A stretch of DNA of 64,000 nt from Spirochaetia bacterium (GTDB lineage Bacteria > Spirochaetota > Spirochaetia > DSM-2461): the NCBI GenBank assembly GCA_963666985.2, contig CAXXIA010000002.1, positions 288,001 through 352,000 on the forward strand, in the 5' to 3' direction. Position numbers and translations under genes: made by a program. The notes below the pieces were generated by a model. That model was given only the letters and a program-made list of their open reading frames with translations. It was not told where the DNA came from and did no database searches. Shown here in pieces: positions 48,966-58,302 of the stretch (position 1 is its first letter; each line of letters opens with the position of its first letter).

Positions 48966-50338
48966 TCATTCTTATTTTTCTGTCGGCGGCTTTCCTTGCC
49001 GCATCGGAAAACGATTCCAATGGGACCGATGATAAGCCGATCGGCACTGTCGGTTATCCCGTACCGCTTCCGTTCTTCGGCGATTCTCGGCATTCACGTT
49101 CAAAAAACGATATTTCACCGGATGTTTCCTGGATTCCTCCCCGACAGGGCCGATCGGCGCCCAAGGCTTGGTCGGTCTCTCCGAAAACGCTGCAGTGGGA
49201 GCGTCCCGAAGTGGCGCTATGGAAAAAACGATGGGAATCACCCGAGGGACGGGCGAAACTTATCGGGGCGCAAAACCGATATAAAGCCTTCCGAATCGAA
49301 GTTGAAGGAATGATCCGGGATTCGGGCATTCCCTGGGAATTCGCAGCCCTGCCTGTTGTGGAGTCCAATTGGCGGATCAATGCCGTCTCCTCATCCGGTG
49401 CTGCTGGCCCCTGGCAATTCCTCAGAGCCAGCGCCATCGGCCGAGGACTCATCATAGACGCATGGAGAGATGAAAGACGGGACGTCTGGAAATCCACCGA
49501 AGCGGCGATGGCCGAATTATCCTTCTACCACCGGCTCTTTTCCGACTGGCTGATGGCCATCGCCTCTTACAACGCCGGTCCGACACGAATGCGAAAGCTG
49601 ATGGGAAACGGTGAATATTCCGGATATTGGGATTTGTACGACGCTCATCTGATTCCCTCGGAAACGGAAAATTATGTTCCCCAGGTAATGGCCGTGGCCT
49701 ACATTACGGCCCATGCCGGCCGAACGGGCCTGCCCATTGAATGGACGGCCCCGCCTCGGTGGACCCGCATTCGGCTGAACCATTCTGTTCCTCTGGACTC
49801 ATTTCTCTCCGTTGCCTCAGAGAACGGAACGGAGAGAACTCTTCTTCGGCAGGCCCACAGCGAGCTGCACCATCCCTTCACCCCGCCGCCCGGGATGCCC
49901 TACAGTCTCAAGGTTCCGGCGGAAAAAACCGAAGAGGTAACGGCATGGCTTGAAGGCTTGAAAGACGGAAACCTCCCGGATCGGTTCTGGCGCTACACCG
50001 TTCGAAGCGGAGATACACTGTCGGAAATAGCCGAGCGTTATACCATATCCCTGCCGGAATTGCTGAGCTATAATGTCCATGTCGCTTCCGGGATGCTGCG
50101 CATCGGTGAACGTCTATACATTCCGGGAACGGAAACGGAACCCGCGGACGTTGAATCGGACGAGCTGCCCCTCTGGTCGGGCCGATACAGCGTTAGGCCC
50201 GGCGATTCATTCTGGTCCATCGCCCGTGAATACGGAACCACGCCGGAGAAACTGGCCGAGACGAATCATCGGAACCTTAACGGCATCCTGACGGCGGGAA
50301 GCGTTTTGAATGTTCCTTCGGAAGGAGAGGATCTGTGA
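48926..50338 (+). CDS. mltD: Lytic murein transglycosylase, MltD-type (SLT + 2 LysM)
   Basis: LPVVES, AAGPWQF, DERRD, ASYNAG, ETENYVP; LysM YTVRSGDTLSEIA and YSVRPGDSFWSIA. Exact start uncertain. Confidence 0.88.
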   Translation: MGMGRNLYRRTSLIILIFLSAAFLAASENDSNGTDDKPIGTVGYPVPLPFFGDSRHSRSKNDISPDVSWIPPRQGRSAPKAWSVSPKTLQWERPEVALWKKRWESPEGRAKLIGAQNRYKAFRIEVEGMIRDSGIPWEFAALPVVESNWRINAVSSSGAAGPWQFLRASAIGRGLIIDAWRDERRDVWKSTEAAMAELSFYHRLFSDWLMAIASYNAGPTRMRKLMGNGEYSGYWDLYDAHLIPSETENYVPQVMAVAYITAHAGRTGLPIEWTAPPRWTRIRLNHSVPLDSFLSVASENGTERTLLRQAHSELHHPFTPPPGMPYSLKVPAEKTEEVTAWLEGLKDGNLPDRFWRYTVRSGDTLSEIAERYTISLPELLSYNVHVASGMLRIGERLYIPGTETEPADVESDELPLWSGRYSVRPGDSFWSIAREYGTTPEKLAETNHRNLNGILTAGSVLNVPSEGEDL

Positions 50339-51165
50339 ATAGATCGGCCCGCATCGCGATAACCGTCCTTTTCGCATCGGCCGCGGTGTCCGCTTCCGCG
50401 CAGATGGCGGTGAAAACCGACATGGATTGGCCGCACGGACGAATCGGCATCACCGCTTCCCGCATGCTGGATGAAGGTATGTCGCCTTCGGATCATCCCC
50501 GCGCCCTCACGGCCCTGGAAATGGAACTCCCCCCGTATATTTTCGAAGTCATTACCTCGCTTTCCTGGGACGACCGGGGAACCATCGGCGATTTAATAGC
50601 GCGCGATCCGGCCGCGCGAACACCGGTGGAAGAATTGGCGCGCTCCTTTAAACGGGAATGGAGCCGTCTTTCGGCAAACAGAGACGCCGTGGAAGCCGCG
50701 TATACTCTGGATTTGGCGGAAGTGTTCGGCTATCTCTCTCCGGCCCCCTTTCCGGGCAAAACGGCGGATATTCCCATATCCTGGACTCCCGTGCCCGAGG
50801 ACGATTGGTCCGGCATCATCATCTATGCGCCGCCTGATCTTCCTGTTCGGGGAACACAGCTGAAGGCAAACCCCGTTCCCGCCCTTGGAGCCCGTATCCT
50901 CTCGAACAGGCTTGAGTTACTTGCCGACCCCGCCGTCCGATCCGGGAAACTGCTCTCCTACAGACTGCTGGAGGAGAAAAACGATACGGAAACACTTGTG
51001 GGACGAAGACCGTACCACACCATGGCGCGGGGACTCTACGGAGATTTTCCCTGCGATATAATCCTCAGCGCCGATGATTCACGGCGTATCATGGCATCCG
51101 AATCGGGCCGTGCCGCCCTGGCCTCGGGACGAATCGTTATTCTTCTGGATGCCATCCCCGAGTAA
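50335..51165 (+). CDS. Exported hypothetical protein
   Basis: Signal peptide ending ASA; GTGA overlap with the mltD stop; WSGIIIYA and DIILS segments. Confidence 0.7.
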   Translation: MNRSARIAITVLFASAAVSASAQMAVKTDMDWPHGRIGITASRMLDEGMSPSDHPRALTALEMELPPYIFEVITSLSWDDRGTIGDLIARDPAARTPVEELARSFKREWSRLSANRDAVEAAYTLDLAEVFGYLSPAPFPGKTADIPISWTPVPEDDWSGIIIYAPPDLPVRGTQLKANPVPALGARILSNRLELLADPAVRSGKLLSYRLLEEKNDTETLVGRRPYHTMARGLYGDFPCDIILSADDSRRIMASESGRAALASGRIVILLDAIPE

Positions 51166-51181
51166 AACAGCGGCTAAAAAA

Positions 51182-51269
51182 AGGCTTCGGCGCTATCCGC
51201 GGGAGGCTTCGGCGCTATCCGCGGGAGGCTTCGACGCTATCCGCGGGAGGCTTCGACGCTATCCGCGGG
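51182..51269. repeat. 22-bp tandem repeat, 4 copies
   Basis: aggcttcg(g/a)cgctatccgcggg x4 with no spacers; copies 1-2 carry G and copies 3-4 carry A. Confidence 0.95.
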
Positions 51270-51441
51270 AAGCCTCAGCTTCGGGACGCCGCGGAACCGG
51301 AATCGGACCTCGCCGGTTCTTGCCGAGCATTGCCGAGCGGGAGTCATCCGCGGCCGCCGTTCTTAAGTGAAATCGGATCGTTTGGGTGTCCGGACTAGAC
51401 AATTCCCGCCCGTACGGTTTTAATGCCATGGAGATAGCGTT

Positions 51442-52779
51442 ATGACATCCCGCCGAATACTGAAATTTTTCGCGCCTCTCCTTTTGCCGGCCGCATTCCT
51501 CTTTTCGGGCTGCGGGAATCTCGGTACGGCCGTGGTTCTCTGGCCTCCCGAAGAAAGCGTCTGGAATCCCGGCGACCTGGTTACCGTAAAAGACGATTCC
51601 TTTCTTCGAAAAACCTATATCGTCAATCTTCCCGATCAGCGGCAGCTTAAGGAAGAAGTGGATCAATGGCGCCTGAAGCTTTTCCGCAGGGAAAAGGAAG
51701 CCGCCGCGTGGTCCGCCGGAATGGGCGAATGGACCGATGTATACGCCGAATGTCTCTACCAGGGCCTTCCGATGCGCTCCGAACCTTCCAACACGGCATC
51801 GAGAGTCTATCGGTTCCGGGACGGAGACGTCATGAAGGTTTTGGGACGGGATCCCGGTCCCGTTCAAGTGGGAAACCTGGAAGGTTTTTGGTATTACGTA
51901 CTCGCCGACGGCGGAGTCGAGGGCTACGTCTTCGATTACCATCTGAGGGTTATGCGCGTCGTCGACGGCACAAAGGAAATCCTGAACGCCCGTAACAATG
52001 AAGATCCCGTTCTTGAAAACCTTATCTCCGGACCTTGGAGACCGAAGTACTTCGACGACATGATCGCCAACCGAAACATCGATCTCGGAACATTCCGTTC
52101 GGAGTTCGGGCTGTTCCCCGATGTTGAGCATAAAAAGCTGATTCTGAATCTTCCCGATCGCTCCTTTTCCGAAACCTGGACCGACATTGTTCCGGCCGGA
52201 CGCGATCGGTACGATTTCTTGGGCACAAGTTTCCGGATTACCGTGAATTCCGAGAATTTCATCAGCGTTCAGTACAATCATGAAGGCGCCGATCACTTTG
52301 AAGCCTTTGTCCGTCTGAGCCGCGATATCGCCGCAATCATCGAAGACGAAAAAACCCGCAGAGAAACCGTTCTGGAGAACCTCATCACGGCCGGTCCCGT
52401 ATACGGCAGCCGTGCTTATGGAGAACTGGCCATTCTCGAAGACGGCGGATTTACCTGGACCGGTAAATCTTCCCTCATATCCCGCGGTATCATCACCTCT
52501 TCGGCGGGCAATACCGGACGTCTTGAATTCGATTGCTTCCCCTCTCCGGACATCGCCGCGTTTTACGAAGGCGTCCTCAGCCTCCGTTTCGACAACGGGG
52601 AAAAAATACGCTTCCTCTACTCCTTCGAGGACGGAGGCCTAAGACTCCTTTTCGTTCCGAAAAACGCCATTGAGGATAAAACCGTCCGTTCCGACCAGTT
52701 CTTCGATCCCGTTCGGCTGTTTTTCGTTTCTCTCGCGCCGGCATCTTCGGACGACGGCGTCTTGCTGCCGGACCGCTAA
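51442..52779 (+). CDS. SH3 domain-containing lipoprotein (spirochaete type)
   Basis: Lipobox FSGC; GLPMRSEP...VYRFRDGDVMKVL...WYYVLADGGVEGYVF is an SH3b pattern. Confidence 0.75.
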   Translation: MTSRRILKFFAPLLLPAAFLFSGCGNLGTAVVLWPPEESVWNPGDLVTVKDDSFLRKTYIVNLPDQRQLKEEVDQWRLKLFRREKEAAAWSAGMGEWTDVYAECLYQGLPMRSEPSNTASRVYRFRDGDVMKVLGRDPGPVQVGNLEGFWYYVLADGGVEGYVFDYHLRVMRVVDGTKEILNARNNEDPVLENLISGPWRPKYFDDMIANRNIDLGTFRSEFGLFPDVEHKKLILNLPDRSFSETWTDIVPAGRDRYDFLGTSFRITVNSENFISVQYNHEGADHFEAFVRLSRDIAAIIEDEKTRRETVLENLITAGPVYGSRAYGELAILEDGGFTWTGKSSLISRGIITSSAGNTGRLEFDCFPSPDIAAFYEGVLSLRFDNGEKIRFLYSFEDGGLRLLFVPKNAIEDKTVRSDQFFDPVRLFFVSLAPASSDDGVLLPDR

Positions 52780-52781
52780 GG

Positions 52782-54881
52782 ATGAGCTTCGTTCAAATCG
52801 ACGGTGTGAGCCTCTCCTTCGGCGACCGCCGCATTCTCTCCGACATTCACCTGACAATCTCTCCCGGCAGCCGTATCGCCCTTACCGGCGCCAACGGCAG
52901 CGGCAAATCCACACTGATGAAAATCGCCGCCGGGCTGATGGAATACGATGAAGGCCGAATCATTCTTCCAAAAGACACCCGCGCGGCCTATCTTCCGCAA
53001 TCGGGCATTGTCCATAAGGGGCGCACCCTTAAATGTGAAGCGGAGGAAGCTTTCGCCGAGCTTGCGGCTCTCCACGGCGAGGCGGACCGCATCGCCGCCG
53101 ATTTGGAAAAAGGGAAAGGAAACACCGAAGCCCTCCTTCTGCGCTATCAGGAAATCCAAGAGGTTCTGGAGAACGCGGAATGGGACCGGCGCGAAGCGAA
53201 AATCGAGCGGATTCTTACAGGGCTCGGCTTCTGTCGGGACGAATTGAACGCGGATGTCGCCACCTTCTCCGGCGGCTGGCAGATGCGCATCGCTCTGGCG
53301 AAAATCCTTTTGGCCTCGCCCGATATTCTCCTCTTGGACGAGCCCACGAACTATCTGGATCTCGAAGCCCGCGAATGGCTGGCCGATTTCATCCGCCGTT
53401 TTTCCGGCGGTGTGCTTCTGGTATCGCACGACCGCGCCTTTCTGGACGGAACCTGCACTCAAGTGGCCGAAATTCTGATGGCCAAACTGACTCTTTTTAA
53501 AGGCACCTACAGCGGATATGAGGCCTTCCGCGAAAAGGACATGGCCCAATTGGCGGAACAGTGGAAGCGGCAGCAGGAAGACATCGAACGAATTGAATCC
53601 TTCATAACCCGCTTCCGCTACAAGGCCACGAAGGCGGCCCAAGTCCAGTCCCGCATCAAGATGCTGGAAAAAATCGAACGAATCGAAATTCCCCCGGCGC
53701 TCAAACGCATCAGTTTTTCCTTTCCCGAAGCCCCCCGCTGCGGAAAAACGGTCCTGAGGGCCGAAGGACTCGAACGCCGCTACGACGATAAAATCGTCTT
53801 CAGCGGGCTCGATCTGGAACTCCCCAGAGGATCGCGCACGGCCGTCGTCGGCGTCAACGGCGCGGGCAAAACCACGCTTCTGCGCATCATCTCCGGAAAA
53901 GACACCCGGTACGGCGGCACCATGGAATTGGGCAAAGACGTTAAAAGAGGCTATTTTTCCCAAGACCAGGAAGCCGTCCTCAATCCTTCCCTGACCATCC
54001 TCGAAGAAGCGGGCCTTGAATCCGACGAAGGCGAAGGCCGTCTGCGGAGTCTTCTCGGCGGCTTTCTCTTTTCCGGCGACGATATCCATAAAAAAGTCGG
54101 CATACTCTCCGGCGGCGAACGCAATCGCCTGGCCCTGCTGAAAATTCTGCTGGAGCCGGTGAATCTTCTGATCCTGGACGAACCGACGAACCATTTGGAT
54201 CTCTATTCCAAAGACATCCTGCTGGAAGCCCTCAAGGGATACGGCGGAACTCTGGTAATTGTTTCCCACGACCGCTACTTTCTCGAACGGGTGGCCGACC
54301 GCGTACTCGAAATCGAAGGCGGCAAGGGGCAAACCTACCTCGGCGATTACGCCTATTACCGCTGGAGAAAGTCTCCCGCCGGCGGAAGCACCGCTTCGGC
54401 ATCGGAGGCCGCATCTTCTGCTTCCGGCGGCCTCTCGCCGGCGCTCCGAGCCTCCGCGGCTCAAAACGCGGCTCAAAAAGCGGCCGGAACCGAAACAACG
54501 GCGGCGCAAGCCCCCCCGGCGGGCCGAAGTTCGGCATTAAAAACCGGCGAACATAACGAAACTCAAAAGAAAACCGGCAAAGAATCTTCCATCGACACCG
54601 CCCCCTCCCCTCCTTTAAACCACGAAGAACAAAAGCGCCGCCGCGCGAAAATCAACAAACTTCGCAAAGAAGAAGAACGTCTGGCCGAAAGGCTGGACGA
54701 AAAGGAAAAACTGGCCGCCGAAATCCGGACGGAACTCGAACTGCCGGAGAATTACTCCAACCCCGACAAAGCCCACGACCTTTCGGCCAAGCTGATGGAT
54801 GTTGAAGAACGCATCGAACAAATCGGCGCCGCCTGGGAAGAGGCCGCCGCCGCTCTGGAACAAGCCGAAACCGAACTCTGA
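52782..54881 (+). CDS. ABC-F family ATPase
   Basis: Two ABC domains (GANGSGKST/FSGGW/LDEPTN and GVNGAGKTT/LSGGE/LDEPTN), no TM segments, C-terminal coiled coil. Confidence 0.93.
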   Translation: MSFVQIDGVSLSFGDRRILSDIHLTISPGSRIALTGANGSGKSTLMKIAAGLMEYDEGRIILPKDTRAAYLPQSGIVHKGRTLKCEAEEAFAELAALHGEADRIAADLEKGKGNTEALLLRYQEIQEVLENAEWDRREAKIERILTGLGFCRDELNADVATFSGGWQMRIALAKILLASPDILLLDEPTNYLDLEAREWLADFIRRFSGGVLLVSHDRAFLDGTCTQVAEILMAKLTLFKGTYSGYEAFREKDMAQLAEQWKRQQEDIERIESFITRFRYKATKAAQVQSRIKMLEKIERIEIPPALKRISFSFPEAPRCGKTVLRAEGLERRYDDKIVFSGLDLELPRGSRTAVVGVNGAGKTTLLRIISGKDTRYGGTMELGKDVKRGYFSQDQEAVLNPSLTILEEAGLESDEGEGRLRSLLGGFLFSGDDIHKKVGILSGGERNRLALLKILLEPVNLLILDEPTNHLDLYSKDILLEALKGYGGTLVIVSHDRYFLERVADRVLEIEGGKGQTYLGDYAYYRWRKSPAGGSTASASEAASSASGGLSPALRASAAQNAAQKAAGTETTAAQAPPAGRSSALKTGEHNETQKKTGKESSIDTAPSPPLNHEEQKRRRAKINKLRKEEERLAERLDEKEKLAAEIRTELELPENYSNPDKAHDLSAKLMDVEERIEQIGAAWEEAAAALEQAETEL

Positions 54882-54946
54882 AGGCTCTCCGTACAAACCG
54901 CCCGAATGCCGATTAAAGGACTCTCCAGCCGCTCAGCGGCATTGAA

Positions 54947-55420
54947 TCAGCCCCAAGACTTCCACGGATTCATCGCCAGCCTCTTATTGTAAAACCGGAC
55001 ATCGCCGGTCACTTCGCTCTCAATCCAATCCGGAAAAACAATCTCTTCGAGCGCATCCTCAAGCTCAATCTCCGCGAGAATAAGCCCCTCATTCTCTCCG
55101 CCGAACACGTCAATCTCCCAGCGGCGGTTATTCTCGGTCACCACATACCGGATTTTTTCCACCACAAGAGAGGGGCAGAACTCCGCCATCATCGCCTCGG
55201 CATCCTCGAGAGGAATCTCGTACTCAAACTCCGATCGGCTCAGCCCGTTATCCGACGATTTTCCCTTGATGGTCACAAAACCCTTTTTGCCCATAATGCG
55301 CGTTCGAACGGTAATCGTCTCCTCGGTAGGCAAATACCCCTGCCGAATCGGAAAACCTCCGGAAAGTACCGGCAGCGAATCCCGCCGCACCAGAAATTTC
55401 CGTTCTATTTCCACACCCAT
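54947..55420 (-). CDS. CYTH domain protein (triphosphate tunnel metalloenzyme)
   Basis: EIERKFLV, RSEFEYEI, KIRY, WEIDVF, AEIEL. Confidence 0.9.
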   Translation of the reverse strand: MGVEIERKFLVRRDSLPVLSGGFPIRQGYLPTEETITVRTRIMGKKGFVTIKGKSSDNGLSRSEFEYEIPLEDAEAMMAEFCPSLVVEKIRYVVTENNRRWEIDVFGGENEGLILAEIELEDALEEIVFPDWIESEVTGDVRFYNKRLAMNPWKSWG

Positions 55421-55583
55421 CGCGCCCTCCGCCTTTCCGCCGGTCTAAGTGACCCCCGAAGCCGCGCGGTGCATACAGTCCCCGAACCGCCCCGGCTTTT
55501 CCCGCCGATATCATTACGGCGAACGCCTTCCCTTCCGGCCGTCGCCATTTCCCGCTCGATTTCAACGCCCACAGTCCCCTCTC

Positions 55584-56477
55584 TCAGCCGAACCGCGAAA
55601 GCGTCGAGATTACGCCGCCCCAGTAGCCGCCGCCGAAAAGATTCACATGGTTCAAGACATGATAGAGATTATACACATCCCGGCGTTCGCCGAATCCCGG
55701 CTCCAAAGGCCAAGCTTCGCGGTAGCCGGTATGAAACCCGGAAGGGAAACCGCCGAAAAGTTCCGTCATGGCCAAATCCGCCTCCCGGTGACCATAGTAC
55801 ACCGCCGGATCAATAAGCCTGCCGCGGCCGTCGGCGCCGGCCATCCAGTTGCCGCTCCACAAATCGCCGTGAAGAAGACTCGCTCCCCCCTCATCCACAT
55901 CGGGAAGAAGACTCGGGAGCAGCCGCAGCAGTTTTTCCATGGCCCGCTCGCTTTTTCCGTCGCCAAAGCCCTTTTTCCTGACCAGTCTCCATTGAAAGCC
56001 CAGACGGCGCTCGGCGAAGAACTCGTGCCAGTTTCTCATGCGGCCGTTGGGCTGAAGAGTGGAACCGATCCGGTTGTCGCCGTCGAAGCCGCAGGAATCC
56101 GAGCGCCCCTCACGGTGCAGCGCCGCCAGAGAACGCCCGAAGGCTTCCGCCGATTTCAGCCGCCCCGTGAGCACCTGTTCCATAAGCAAAAAGGCATGTC
56201 CGCCGTCGGTTCCCCAAGCCAGGGGCTCGGGCACAGGCGGGGCCCCGCTCCGGCCGGCCACTTCGGCCAGGGCCGTCAGTCCCGCCGCCTCGGCGGCGAA
56301 CATCGAAACCAGATCGGCCCGGTTTTCCTTTAAGAAAACACACCGGCCGCCGCTCAAACTCAACAAAAAAGCCGCATTGATATCCCCGCCGCCGACGCTC
56401 CGGCGTGATTCAATCCGGCACTCATCGCCGTAAAGAGTCCTGACGGCTTGAATAAGGGAAGAAGCGGCGGCCATCAT
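55584..56477 (-). CDS. Fructosamine/ketosamine kinase family protein
   Basis: GGGDIN, FLKEN, LLHGDLWSGN, IDPAVYYGHREADLAM, HVNLFG. Confidence 0.92.
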   Translation of the reverse strand: MMAAASSLIQAVRTLYGDECRIESRRSVGGGDINAAFLLSLSGGRCVFLKENRADLVSMFAAEAAGLTALAEVAGRSGAPPVPEPLAWGTDGGHAFLLMEQVLTGRLKSAEAFGRSLAALHREGRSDSCGFDGDNRIGSTLQPNGRMRNWHEFFAERRLGFQWRLVRKKGFGDGKSERAMEKLLRLLPSLLPDVDEGGASLLHGDLWSGNWMAGADGRGRLIDPAVYYGHREADLAMTELFGGFPSGFHTGYREAWPLEPGFGERRDVYNLYHVLNHVNLFGGGYWGGVISTLSRFG

Positions 56478-57208
56478 CGCAATAGAGAAATGGTGTGATC
56501 GATAAGACGCATATCCCCGGGTTCACCGTGCCCCGGAACAACAATTCGCGCGTCGGGAAAGGCATCCCTGAGCCGCTCCAAAGATCGCGGCCATTCATCA
56601 AGATTCGCTTCGGCCGTGTTGCCCGGCCCCCGATTCTCCATTGCCTTTACCGAGCAGCCGCCGAAAAGAATCTTCTCATCAGGAAGGTATAAAGCGATGC
56701 TGTCCGACGTATGTCCCTCGCCCGGGAAGAAAATCTCAACATCCTTCTCTGAGAACCGAAGTGTTTCCCGATGTTTCATCTCTCTCGCCGGCACCGGCAA
56801 TCCCCTCTCCCGACAAATCTTTCGTGTTTCCCCGATCGCGTATGAAGGAATGCCTTTTTGAAGAATCCACCCCAGGCCGCCCATATTGTCTTCATGATGA
56901 TGACCGACAATAACAGCCTCAACGGGAACTCCGTGAAAGCATTCCAGCCATTCAACCAGAGTTCGGGTTTGTCGGTCGTTCCACGGCGTGTCAAAGAGAA
57001 CGAGACAATCACCGGTGAGATACACCAGACCGTTCGCGGACACCATACCCCATGGAGGAACCTCCATTGTCGAAACATGCCTCCAGACATTCTCCGAAAG
57101 CGCCTCCAAATAGAGATCGTCGGCGATATCGATGCGATCGGCGGCCTCGGCGAAGACAACCGGAACCGACACCGCAGCCATGCAGAACAGAAGCGCGATC
57201 CTCTTCAT
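56474..57208 (-). CDS. bla: Subclass B1 metallo-beta-lactamase
   Basis: Signal peptide; NGL, DTPW, HHHED, GHTSD, GGCSVK, GN, VVPGHG. Confidence 0.9.
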   Translation of the reverse strand: MKRIALLFCMAAVSVPVVFAEAADRIDIADDLYLEALSENVWRHVSTMEVPPWGMVSANGLVYLTGDCLVLFDTPWNDRQTRTLVEWLECFHGVPVEAVIVGHHHEDNMGGLGWILQKGIPSYAIGETRKICRERGLPVPAREMKHRETLRFSEKDVEIFFPGEGHTSDSIALYLPDEKILFGGCSVKAMENRGPGNTAEANLDEWPRSLERLRDAFPDARIVVPGHGEPGDMRLIDHTISLLR

Positions 57209-57371
57209 CCGAAACCCTCCTCAACAAGTCTATCAGCCTAAAGACTCACTGTCGCCTCCCGCTCCTTCTTTAACCTCAAACGACACTCGGCGATCCATGT
57301 CCCGGGATTACTTTCCCGGGCGGCCGCTTCGCTGGACAACGGAGAATCGTTCCGCCTAAGCTGGAGGGGCT

Positions 57372-58133
57372 ATGAAAATCATCTCATGGAACGTGAACGG
57401 GGTTAGGGCAGCCCATAAAAAAGGCCTGATGGACTTCCTCGCCGAATCGAACGCCGATGTTTTCTGCATCCAGGAGACAAAAGCGAATTTGGATCAGCTG
57501 CCCAAGGAAATCTACGCGCCGGCGGGCTACGAATCGTGGTGGCACAGCGCCGAACGCAAAGGATACAGCGGCACCGCCTTCTGGTCGAAAAAACAGCCCG
57601 ATGCGGTGGAGAACCTGGGAATGGAAGAATTCGACGCCGAAGGCCGACTCCAGGTAATCCGCTTCGGCGCTTTGGCCCTTCTCAACGGCTACTTTCCCAA
57701 TTCACAGCCCGAAGGCGCCCGGCTGGATTACAAGCTGGGCTTCAACGCGGCCATGAAGGATCGGGCCGACGCACTGGCGGCCGAAGGTCTTACCGTTGTG
57801 GTAACCGGCGATTTCAACGTATCCCACAAGCCCATCGATTTGGCCCGTCCCAAGGAGAACGAAGGCAACCCCGGCTACCTGCCCGAGGAGCGCGCCTGGA
57901 TGGACTCCTTCATCGGCGGAGGCTGGACCGATACGCTTCGAATATTCAACAAGGAACCGGGACAATACAGCTGGTGGAGCTATCGCGGCGGAGCCCGCGA
58001 GAGAAACGTGGGCTGGAGACTGGATTACTTCTGCGTCAACAACGCCTCGGCAGGCCGCGTGAAATCTTCCATCATCCGTCCGGAGGTTCCGGGAAGCGAT
58101 CATTGTCCGGTGGAGCTGGTTATAGAAGTCTAA
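57372..58133 (+). CDS. xth: Exodeoxyribonuclease III / AP endonuclease
   Basis: SWNVNG, QETK, GYSG, GDFN, WRLDY, SDHCP. Confidence 0.95.
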   Translation: MKIISWNVNGVRAAHKKGLMDFLAESNADVFCIQETKANLDQLPKEIYAPAGYESWWHSAERKGYSGTAFWSKKQPDAVENLGMEEFDAEGRLQVIRFGALALLNGYFPNSQPEGARLDYKLGFNAAMKDRADALAAEGLTVVVTGDFNVSHKPIDLARPKENEGNPGYLPEERAWMDSFIGGGWTDTLRIFNKEPGQYSWWSYRGGARERNVGWRLDYFCVNNASAGRVKSSIIRPEVPGSDHCPVELVIEV

Positions 58134-58302
58134 GAACCCCATCTCCGGTAAAACAGCCCCTCCTCCTCTTTTTTATTTCTCCGGGAAATAGCGATTTTCT
58201 TCGATAAACTCATAAGTGAATTAACGAATAGGCGGAAATCCGTCCGATGCTCTATGCGAACACCATGCATCGAATCCGGGTAGAGACTTGAGGAATCTGA
58301 AA

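Noticed and set aside
51182..51269. Possible CRISPR array
   Set aside because: The repeats are directly adjacent with no unique spacers, and there are no cas genes in the window.
52782..54881. ABC-F as an antibiotic-resistance (ARE) factor forming an island with the MBL
   Set aside because: It looks like a housekeeping ABC-F with a C-terminal coiled coil, lies on the opposite strand, and has no mobility genes nearby.
54947..55420. CYTH protein as a class IV adenylate cyclase
   Set aside because: Most short bacterial CYTH proteins are triphosphatases, and the sequence alone does not support cyclase activity.
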